A DNA stretch of 63,617 nucleotides, the filler included, from Sphacelaria rigidula (Eukaryota), in the NCBI GenBank assembly GCA_964200075.2. It is 2 parts of 2 records of this genome, joined end to end, with 100 filler letters (N's around TTAATTAATTAA, not from the genome) between each part and the next. Parts side by side here need not be neighbours in the genome. Positions count along the whole stretch, not along the records: positions 31,918 to 63,617 come from CAXNAA020000046.1; 1 more part is not named here. One strand, written 5' to 3'. The stretch's first letter is position 1, and every line of letters starts with the position of its first letter. This document shows positions 35,986 to 47,100 of the stretch, in pieces. The position numbers and the translations under genes were made by a program. A model generated the notes under the pieces. That model did not search any database, was not told the DNA's origin, and was given only the letters and a program-made list of their open reading frames with translations.

Positions 35986-37949
35986 GGGCGCATACGCTTT
36001 TTGAGCGCGGCCTTTTTTCACACAAACCATTTTGCAGGGATCGTCCATTTCTGGATTTGTTGTTTATTTCATTCCACTTTAGTTTTTCTTTTCTAGTTCC
36101 CGTCCTCCACGCGTTTGTGATACTTTACTACATATTTTGTGCCCCTCCTCCACCCTTCTTTCCCTTTAGAAAACGTTTCCGTTTCGGTTACGTTGGGTAT
36201 GTCCATCTTGTGAACATGGCTGGATCTCTTGAATCAGTTAATATGCGGCAATCAATCGTTCAGTCAAATCAGATTGAGGAATACGCATCATACCGTTGCA
36301 GCAACCATGTCCGCGCTCGCCGGTGGCGGCTGAACATGGTATTGATTCGATGCACTCGATGTGCTGTTCTGTACCGGTTTGTAGGGTTGCGAAAGATGTG
36401 AAGAGCAAGTCCGCAGGTATCTCACTGTTGCCATCGTGTGACTGCTGCGGGGCAAGGTAGTGAAGGAGACGGCGGCAGAGATGCGGTCACACCGGGCTAC
36501 ATGGTTTTAGCTTCCTTGTGAAGAGGGTAGGCACAGCTGACTTCTCTAGCAAGCGTGAGGAAGCGACGCAGTGCAATTTGCTGTTTGTCCCGTGTTTCTG
36601 TTCGCGCATGTACATGCGTTTATTTCGTTTCTCGTGCAACAAACTGTTGGTGAAACTCATTTTTTTTTCCGAGTACGCACGGCGTTACTGACTGAATTTT
36701 TTTGAAGGGAATCGCCACTGATGTGGACAGTTTGCCCACTGTTGTTTTGTCGGGCGTCGACGCTTTGGGGCACAGTTGTCAGCCTGGCCAAAAGGCCCCC
36801 TACCCGACGTTACGGATTACGTGACACCAACACATGATAAATGAGCGCGTACAAGGTGCGCATAGGACAGATTGCGCATTTTCTGCAGCAACCCTTCCAC
36901 CGCCGGGGATTGGCCATCTTCCTGACTCGGCATCAACTCTCACGTGAAAAACCGCAGGACTCAGCTGCGCTCACAGGTTTGAACACTCAGTGCAGTCGTC
37001 GACTGACTGGGCAATTGGTTCCCTGGGTATCAGCTCATGGGTTAAAATCGTCCAGCCATATTCGTTTCCGTTGGGGAGCTCACAGAGGAAGATATGAGAA
37101 CCGAATGAACAACCAGCACATGGCTCCTTGCGTATCGACGCAATGGTTCAATTCATTCAGCCACATTGAGTTCCGTCGGTGGGCTGCAGAAGGTGACAGC
37201 CAGGATCACAGCCTCTCCAGAATGACCTATAGAGATTATTGCCTGAGGCATGTCAAAGGTTCCATCGAATTCCGTCAAATTCGAAGGACTCTGACTGCTT
37301 CACCGCTGTTTATCGCGAAAATACCCAAGTTGGCAAGATGGAAAAGGTGTCGTGGCAGGGACGGAGAGACCCTTTGGCTGAAGAAGCCTGCGAGTAGCAA
37401 GTCGGAGTATTAAAAAAAATATGACACTACGCTGCCACCGGTTTGATATTTTTTCAAGGACTATCCTCCAACTCTGTGCATAAAAAACCCACAACCTATC
37501 TCGCTCGCGGAGCAACAAGTCAAATAAAAAACTTTCGTGGACGAAACAGAACGGTGCAAACCACAATCAGCTTGAGTTCGAGGAATTCCAAAAGCATGGC
37601 AAATGTTAAACCCATCAACGCAGCGTAACAAGACCGTTCCGGAGTTTCCCTGCGTACCAAATCATGTTGCCTAGTCGCACGACGTAGTGCTTCACGAATT
37701 CCCACTTCTGCAGGAAAAATGTATGCCAAGGGCGACAGCACACAAACAGCAACAGCAGGGAAAATGTATGGCGTCTACTGAACCTGATGACACTTTCATC
37801 AGTACATGAAATGGGGCGCACGGCTTGCAACTACTGTGACTGCAAAGCTTGAGCATCTCTGCTGGAGGAGCACTCGTGCGTTGTAACCAAATCACAAATG
37901 TTGACATGGGCATACGTCGACGTGAAATGCCTCCTTGGCAACCTCAAGG

Positions 37950-40900
37950 TTAGACGTTTGCATCGCTAGAGCCAGCAGACGTGAAGGGACCGCTGCTATC
38001 GGACGTACGCCACGTTGCGAACAACGCCTCCTCACGGGCCTTCCTGTCCCTCCTCTTCTGAAGTTTGCGCTCGTAGGCCGCCATTCGCTGTGCTTTTTCC
38101 TTCCACCTGATGTTCTGGAAATGCATACAAAAACCGACAATAAAATATTCAAAAACGTAGGCAGCGCGTTGTTAAAGAGTAGTTAGTTCACTTGCGCAGT
38201 TCATTCCACGGTACTCATGAATGAGCCGGGAAAACAAAACGGGGTTGTCTTCTTTCTCCCCCCCGTTGCGTTTGTTCCGTTTGTCTACGGGTATCGCCAA
38301 GGATCAGATTACACCAAGCCCTTCGGCAGCGTCACCCTTCCTGCCTACAGTTGCAAAATAAAGTCCCTGGACTGCGGTGGGTATTCATTTTTGAAGCAAA
38401 TATTACGCCCAGGAAACACCAGTGACCCATCCTGAGGTTGCTGCCTGTGTAAATAGACAAAGCCGAAGTGCATCGTACAGCACAACACAATGCAGTGCAG
38501 TACGGCGTTATCTTCTCTGTGCCCCCCGCCACATTCCTCCCTCCTCCTGTGGGTATCGTCGAGTGTCGGATTACTCCTTTGGAGAGCGTCGCCTCTTCCC
38601 ATCCGCTCCAAAAGTGACGCTTGTTCGCCAGGGTGGTGTCTTGGGGTTTATTTTCAAGTCAAAATCTCTGGAGATCGTGACCCCTTCCTAAAAAAGCCGG
38701 CTTTGAAGGTGAACTCTTCGACCTCTGATTGAGTCATCTGGGTTTTGCATTCATTTTTCAAGTAAAAATAGTATGCCGATACAACATATGACCAACCCTG
38801 GGGTGAGTGACACTTGTGCGTGTATTCCCCACGTATAAGCTCAAGTGATGGTAGCCGCCGCGCCCCGGTGGTGTAATGGTCCGGCTGTCGCCATTAGGGT
38901 GGAGAGAACGAGTGCTCGATTCCCGATGCGTTGGGTTTTTTCTTCGCAATGTCTGATTTCCACCGTGGAAAGCGTGAGAACGTGAGGAGACAAGTAGTCG
39001 ACTGAGTTTGTTCGGCGTGAGTTGACGCGGAGGGGGAGTGCTGATCCAATCCGCGAGACCAAAATGAAAGACACGTACCGGGGGAGAGATGGGTTGATCC
39101 CTTGACACCACGGACTCATTCCGAGGAAGGGGAGGGGTTCAAAGTGCGACGCATAAAAAATACAAGCTCAAGTCGCAGCGGACGGAAGCCGTAGAGGCGG
39201 TACGGCGAACATGACGGTACCAATGCAGTCAACACAACAGACGAAGGGGAGAGCATAGTGCAGTCACCATGATGTTCTCTGTTCCAGTACACGCCATATC
39301 CTTTACCTTGGGTTCCCTGTGCGGCTGTGCACACAAGCGGCGGCGTTTTTCTCAACAGGAAACGTCGGAGTGCATCATACTTGCACACGAGCACGCACCG
39401 CACCAAAGTTACTCCGCGACCGATTCAGACCTCCGAAGTTTCCCCCCGAGCCCCTAGTGGCTGTGATTACTTTCCACTTGCATCTATTCGGGACGGCGCG
39501 TTGCTGGGGACACTTCATCAAGGGATGGATTTTGCCCGCGCGGTTCCATGGTGGTTTCGTGCACGATTCGAGTACCGATTGATGCGTTGGGTGCTTCAAA
39601 ACCCAATGCATCATACTGCATTGGCCATTTCAGGCCACGTTCCGCGGTCAGACCAATGAGCCGCAATACATATTTATATACATTTCAGGTTTAAAGTGTA
39701 CGCCTTCAAAGCACGAGGATAAAGCCAACGCTACAGGGTGGGTGTGGAGGGTGAGCAAGTGTATGTAGGGTGTGAACAGTAAGGGCGTTGCCTGCACGCG
39801 CAACTAACCCGTCCAGAGATTGGATTGTAAAACCAAGTGTATTTGGGCGAAGCATCCCAGGACACAGAAGGAAAAGGGGATTAACTGTTTCTGGTCGTTG
39901 TGAATTCCTCGAAGAGCCCGTTCACTTTTTGCGTCCCGATTAGCATCCTCAACCCCTTTGGGGCTGGGCCTCCAGAACGACCAATGAGGCTGGTGAGGAA
40001 TGAGGTTTCCTGCATATACATGAAACAACAGTGGCTTCATATTTCTGAAAATCCACGTATGTAATCGCAGCGTTAGGAGGAAGACCGAAAGTTTCATCAA
40101 ATCTATTTTCAGACGCAGGGGCAAAGTGTAATTCGGGCGTTGTGCGCATCAGGTGATGTGTTGTCGTCCCATCTATTCTGAACGCCGGTCTACACCTTTC
40201 GGTGTATGTAGGCGCATCAGCCGGGGTCACACAGGAGGAAGGTCAACACAGGAGCTTTTTCTGATGTGCAGATCACAGTTCGTTCCTGTCGACTACATAC
40301 AGGCTGCTTCACGGAAAAGACCCAAAAACACTCATCGGCAAAACTTCACGCCGTTTTAAGGAGTTAGACCCTTAAATTTTGCACAAGTGTTGTATGGGTC
40401 ATTGCTCAACTTTCCAAGGTTGAGGTTTTCTTACTTCTTGACTTATTTCACCGTTTTCCTGGGGTCCCAGTTTTTTCAGAGAAACTTCGATCCATTCGGA
40501 CCCCCGTGAAACAATTCAAACGAAAAAAATCGAAAAACCTCATTGATCCAAAGTTGCGTAATGACCCATAGAACACCTGTGCAAAATTTTAGCGTCTAAC
40601 TCCTTGAAACGGCGTGAAGTATTTCGCGTTTGTGTGATGAACCTTGCCGTGCCACGGTGAAATCGCAAACTACTAGATTTTAGTCTGAAAATAGCATTTT
40701 TGAGGCCTTCTTTGACGTCAACATGGAAATCCAAGCATCACTTTATCGAGCTTGGCTACGAAACTTTGTGGGACTCTTCCTTGGGTTTTGCGGCGACAGG
40801 GCGTTTGCGATTTTTTTTCTATCGCAGTGCCGTTTTCCGGGATCCAAGAATGGATAACTTCGAAACAATGAGTTGGATCCCGTCGGACTCCCGAATAACG

Positions 40901-43856
40901 GTAGACAATGCAAGGAGTAGAAGAGCCTCGTTGATCGAAACTTGCGTAATGATTTATAGCACATTTTTGCAAAGTCTCAGGATCTAACTCCTAATAACTG
41001 CGTGAAGGTTGGCGCGTTTGTTGTGCGAGGACGTGAGCTTATAACGTGCATACTCCGAACTACTTGGTTTTAGTATGAAAACGTCTTTTTTGGGTGAATT
41101 TCACGTCAAGGCAAGGACAACTGTATGAGATTTTCGAGGTTTTTTACCAAACTTTGTACATGCGTTCCTTGGACTCCCGCGGGACGCATCATGTTTTTCT
41201 TGTATTGGGACCCCCGGAAGCCGGTAGATAACGGAGAAACTTTGAAATCTTGCCATGAACACAATTTTTCCATTTGAAGCGTCAATATCTACGGAACTGC
41301 TAAGTGTGAGGATGATCTGAGCTTTTCTACAAGAGGTATAAGGGAAATCGTCACGAGGCTCCCTGAGTCTTTCGCACGTATCATGAGGGGAAAGTAGACG
41401 ACGCTAAAACTCCACATCCCCGAAACATCACGGTTTCGGGTATGATCCGACCCCGTTGGAACCGTTTTTAAATCTCTTTCTCCCGTTAGATTCCTGAGGT
41501 GATGGCGGTCACTACGACTTGAAGCATGTGGAGATTCGGCGAAAATTGGGCTTGGAACTCATCTTTTCAATTTCAGAACAATTTGAAAGGCGCTCATTGG
41601 TTGATACACATTTTTGTCCATAGCGCCACTGCTGTAGTCTTGAACAAAAAGCCGGCTGTGTCACATTCTTTGTTCATTGCGGTCAGTATGATACCATGTA
41701 TGCCAATATTGGGTGCGTATTACAGAAGGCATTCGCTGATGACAGAATTTTGGGTCTTCAGCGTGAACCAGCCTGTACTACCTCACTACGTGCTGTCCCG
41801 CCTCAGTACAGGGATACGCAGAACTCATGCTTCGAGCTCCGTCTCTCGCCGGACCTATATCAAATGCGAGTAAATGATAAAAATCGGGACAGCGAGCCCC
41901 GACCATCGCGGCTTTCTTTTGCTTCGAAGGCTTTTTTGTGGGCTAGGGACAGGTTACACACAAACTTGGCAGTGACATTCTTTCCGGCGATAGCCCCCCC
42001 CCAGCTGGTTGTTCGGATGTGGTGGAAATTTCGGCTCGCCGTGATTGGGCAGGTCGCTCCCAGACTTGTTCATCATTATTTTACTAATACATGGTGAACC
42101 CCTTGTTACTGAAGATCAGTCCCAAAAGGGTCAACAATACTGCAACGTGGGTAGAGGACACGAATGAGAAACACGCACAAGGACACGCGCAAACATGCCC
42201 AACCCCCTACCACACTCACTCTGATGGTCTTGAAGCGCTGCTTTTCACGACGCTTGTGGTTGTTTCTCCGGGGCCCATCGCGCTTCGGTAACACGTCGAA
42301 GGACATCTGGATAAGCCGCTCCATCTCTTTGGGACATCTGGATTTCTCGTACGCATCCAAAATGGGGGTTGGCGGCACCTCGTCGTTCTCCGACTGCGTC
42401 TGTTGTGCAAATTGTGACGGCTCGTCGTATTCCCAGCTCTTTTCACCTTGATCAGGGGGGTTGTTCACCCGCTGCGCGATCTCCTCGTGGACTAGTGACG
42501 ACAGGCGCGCGAAACGAGTTGGTGGAACGTTTATTGTATTTTTAGTGCATGCGTCTTCAAACGGGGGGAGGGCACTCAATGCCACTATCGTTGTCGCGTG
42601 GCGGACCCAACGGCGGTGAACGAAGGCAAGAGGTAGGGAGGGGGGGGGAGGCTGTTCTGAGCTCATCGTGGAAAATAGCCCCGCACGTGTATCGAGAAGT
42701 CGCATTCACCGTCTGCTCGTACAGCTCCAGTTCATATTGTTGTCAGGTGATGAGCTCACTCGTCGTTTTCATACAGGTGATTCACATCACAGTGACCGAA
42801 AACGACTACCCTCCACGCATGACGATTCCACGGTTCGGACGAATCATCGCCGGTTCGAATCACAAAACCCACGATAGGCCTGAATACTCGAAAGAGAGAA
42901 AAAAGTCGACCGCTGGTCAAAAAGGTCTCCATGCATTTTTGAGCTATTCCACATGCCTGGACTGCGCGTACCTGGGTTGCAACAACGCTGGAAACAAAGC
43001 CTAAGGATTGATTCGCTTCGGTACGAGTCAAATGCACCAAGATCAAGTAATTTCTAGACGAATCATGAATTTGTCCCACCCTTGGAATATTCGTTCAGGG
43101 CGACCGATAGCGTGAAAAACTCTCAAGCCTATTTGGCTGGTGATGCTACTGATGAACTCAGATCGCAACCGTCAATTTTGGACAGCGCCCTCAAGGGTAC
43201 GACAATAGTACAACACGGCCAGTCCGTTTGGATTCGGATCAAAGTCCCAAGCCGCGACCCTACAGCAGAACATCACAGAACTACAGATTGTCTGTGTGCT
43301 ACCAAAGTGTACGGAAGACCGATGTAGGTCTCGCGTCGCACCAAAAGAAAGCCCGGTGTATATATCAAAAGAAATAGACGTATACAGCAAACAAACTCCT
43401 CCTACGACGTCGATAGGGTGCCTGGCATTCTTCATGCTGTACTGTCCGTCCGCCGATAGATTGAGTAGAGTATCATAGAACGGGCTGCTGGCCGATGGTG
43501 GGACACTGGCCGGCGACGCCCTGTGTTGTGCCAGATTCATCTCCGATCTACTGATGTTATTTCAACTCCCATAGGCCAACCAACCTACCCTCGAGTTCCT
43601 CGCGCGAGATCTTAGCATGCTTTCGGCGACTCCGGTCTTTCACCGCGGTGAAATACCTACACCCGCCACTCAATGTATGCGGGACGACACCGGCAGTCGT
43701 AGCTGCTCCCCTGAGGTGCTGCGGTCTCTGCTGCTGCCGGAAAGGCTCCACGACACCCACTACAGTTGACAACGGCGGCACATGAGTGCGCGATATTACA
43801 TCGTGAAATTTACCTGCCAACGTCGCCACTGAACGATTCAAAGGGCGCGCGAACAT
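37950..43856 (-). CDS. Hypothetical basic protein, 3 exons, about 219 aa, with a presequence-like N-terminus (probably mitochondrial)
   Basis: Minus-strand exons 43856-43589 (MFARPLNRSVATL...), 42446-42220 (EKSWEYDEP...KQRFKTIR) and 38114-37950 (NIRWKEKAQRMAAYERKLQKRRDRKAREE...stop). GT/AG sites and phases 1/0 fit, total 660 nt. Family not recognised. Confidence 0.7.
38850..39162 (+). mobile_element. tRNA-derived SINE, family B
   Basis: Head gccccggtggtgtaatggt (A box) and gctcgattcc (B-box-like). The 3' part gggttcaaagtg with an A-rich tail is also seen at ~40-97 and ~33935-34030. Confidence 0.65.
40153..40260 (-). mobile_element. SINE family A 3' fragment
   Basis: Near-identical to 63040-63140 (ggcgcatcagccggggtcacacaggaggaaggtcaacacaggag). 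Confidence 0.8.
40340..41470. repeat. Unclassified AT-richer interspersed element with internal direct and inverted repeats
   Basis: cttcacgccgttttaaggagttag (~40344) is inverted relative to ctaactccttgaaacggcgtgaag (~40596) and ctaactcctaataactgcgtgaag (~40984). The related motif ggagttagaccct occurs at ~15211. Confidence 0.5.
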
Positions 43857-44169
43857 GGACCCTCTCAACCCGGCAGCCTCGCACGCAATGGACTGTGGGC
43901 GTTGAAGGGTGGAAGCTGTAGCAGACGCGAAGCTGATTAATGTTCCGAAATACTGATCCGTAAATAATGATTACTATTGTTGCTGTATATTAGAAAACGA
44001 TAAAAACAAAGCGAAGCACCATACCCCGTACCGCCTCCTTGTTGAACTCGTACCTTCCGTCGTCAGCGCGTGCGCACGGCCTGTTGTATTCTTCACGTTC
44101 CTCATCTCATCCCTAACACGTGAGGCGATATCCACCCACAGTCGAGAACACGGAGGATAAAGCAAAATT
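43857..44169. promoter_or_regulatory. Putative bidirectional promoter region
   Basis: Only 313 bp separate the divergent start codons of the hypothetical gene (43856, minus) and SSU72 (44170, plus). Confidence 0.5.
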
Positions 44170-47100
44170 ATGAAGAGGGCGCGCGAGAATTCAGGAAGCC
44201 CGGTGGTTGTCGTGTCGTCAACGGCGGCAGTGATGGAGAGCCGTGATCGTAACAGCTCCAAATCGCTTCTAAAAAAATCCCTTACGGGCTCTTCCTCCAC
44301 CTCCTCCATCACTTCTTGTAACCGAACCAAAACAACAGCGAAAACAAATTCGGGACGGGTGGAAGTGTTGGCGAAGAGCGAACAAGCTCCCCAGCAGCAC
44401 CACAATCAGCAGACGAAGAAGCGCGCACTCGCTCGACCCGCCCTGCCCCCTCCTCCCCCCATTGTGACTTTCTCTGACGACACGACTACAACAAATGAGG
44501 GCAGCAGCAGCAATTCTAGTGAGGAGACGGCTACCTTATCGTCATCATCGTCGGAAACAACAGGTCGAGAAACTAAGAAAATCAAGAGGATCTCTCCCCC
44601 ACGCCAGGCGGCGCACCAGCAAAATGAGCCTCAGGGGTGGAGGGTAGCAGCCCAGGCCATTCTGGATAAGGGACCAGTGGTCGTGGGAAAGGGTTTGTCC
44701 AGGCGCAATTTCGCGGTAGTTTGCTCGAGCAATGTGAACCGGAGCATTATGGCTCAAAGATTACTGGAGAGGAATGATTTCCGGGTCCGGTCGTATGGGA
44801 CAGGAAGGTGGGTTGAAAATATTGACTGGACTTGGAGTTTTATCCGTTCCCATTTTCGTTGAGAAATGCGTCGGGTGGATGAGGGAGTTGGTGGTGAGTA
44901 GCTCTGCAGAATGAAATGAACATGAGCGGTTCGTTTTAGGTGTCCCAACAAGTTTGTTCATTTCCGGTACACTGTGCGATCTGTACTATACATTGGCCGG
45001 ACGTATTTCGGCCTTCACCATTGCGGTGCCTTATTGTTTCGTATTCTCCCTTTTCTTGTCCACGCTGAATTTACCCACTTTCCTCCCTGCACCTTATAGT
45101 TTGTGACGAATGCACCTCAGTCAGCAGTTACACGGAACGTCTCCCGGATTTTCCCCCCAGATTCCCCACCCACGCACGGGCGATAACAGTCTGTACCCCA
45201 TTAGTTCGTGGTGTGGTGGTTTTGGGATGATCCATCATGGCGTGGGCTCATTCTACACCCCTGCGGTGACGCCACGAGTCATGGCGATGTACACAGCCCC
45301 CGAGACTCGGGGTCATGGCCCTACGTATCACTCGATCTGCCCTAATACTATCAACCGATATTATATATACATATACACAAAGTATTCTTACTTTCTTCGT
45401 TTTTTTCCTTCCTCTTCAACTATAGAGTCATCTCTCCATCCGACCGTGTACAAAGCAATTCATACCGTTGACCGTCATCACACACACCGGGAGGACTCGA
45501 CATGTGATGGTAGTCACGAAAATACGATAGTATATTTGCTGACTGTACTCCACTATGATGCTGTCGTGCTCGACGTCTGTGATCACGCGATTGAGGTGGG
45601 CAGTTGTGTCGCTCCTGCTTGCTCGCCAAAGTTGTGAGTTGGGAGCACACCAAATCGCAATCGCGAGACGAGTGCGTGGAGGACATGGAGTCCACTACCG
45701 TCCTACTCGAACCCCTCTCTGTTGTGTACGCTAATACCACGCAGCCGTGAGATTTGGGGCGCCAGCTGGAAGACTGTGGTGAAGCGTGCCTTTGTTTTAT
45801 GGTTGTTGTCTCAATGATGATTACCTTGCTTTCCACAAAACTGTAAGAAAACTGCCAGCGAAGCACCCACGGTATAATAGGCCGGCCTACCCTCAACAAG
45901 CGGCCAAAGTGTCCCAACGCGTGCGTTTTCGTGGCTTGGCGTGTGCTGGGCATGTGCCCCGAGAGCCATATGCCCCGAGAACTATACGCCCCGTATGCGC
46001 GACATGCGCAATATCGTTGCGAAAAGTTGACGAGTTGCCTGAGATGCATCGGTGCAAAGTATGAGCAATATTTTGACTGTGCTGCAAAGAAGTTCTCAGG
46101 TGTGGCACCTGCTCCGTGCTGCACAGTCTGTGACAAACGTGCCGCCACTCCAATCAGACAGTCAGTGTCGGTTGCATGAAAAGTTTCAACCGAAGCATTT
46201 TTTCCCGTTGTCTTCTCACGCGCATCCCCAGGTTAACCAAACAATCTGACGTTCATGAGATCGGACTTCTGTGCAGAAATAGTGATGATGGCAGTGAGAC
46301 GGTCAGGATTCGCGTCTTGGAGTTTTGGGGTCCCTTCATTATGGACAGCATGAAGAATCCCCGTTGTGTGAAGTGTGAAGTAACATTTTCTCGACTCAGC
46401 GGCTGATTTTTGCTCGATTACACCACTGCCAATTTGGCATGTTGTGTTTTACGAGTGTTATTGGAAAGGAGTACTGCCTTCCCCCCCCCTGCGTGTGCGT
46501 TTGAAGAGCTCCTGCTCACACCACGGCCGATGTGTCTGAAATTGAGATGATTCCTTCAATGATTGTGCCTAGTCTAGAATACTCTTTCCCAACAACTATT
46601 AACGATCACATACGGATTCGTCCTTGTCCAGGCAGCGCCCGGACAGCACGTGTCTTCCTGAGCTAGAGTCGTACTCAAACTCGGGAATGGTCCAACATGT
46701 TTTATTTCCTTTTGCGGAGAAATGTTGGCACAACTGTACTGACCCGGAGAAGAGTGCGTTGGCGTGTACCAAACTTCTTGCCCCGCCCCCTACTCTCCCG
46801 CCTTGATTTTCCCATGATGCAAACTTTCAGAGGGCATGACTTCGTGTACCTTTCAAAATCTCCCCCTTCGTTTTTTTCTCGAGTCCCAACATGAAGGTTT
46901 GGATGAGGATCGATTTCTTGACCGGCAGATATGATCGCAAGCTAGGTCAAAACCGAATCGGGCGTTCGAGATCGGCAAAAGTGCGCTACAGATCTCTCGC
47001 AACAGTGGAGCAAAGTTGCTTCAAGGTCCCGTAAACCGCCAAAGCTATTGTTGTAGCGAAAGTGTGACGGGTGGTCGAAAACGTTGTGTTTTGGAAAGAT

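Noticed and set aside
45420-46148. 242-aa minus-strand ORF as a nested gene
   Set aside because: It has no recognisable motifs and is antisense to a probable transposase relic, so it is likely a shadow ORF.
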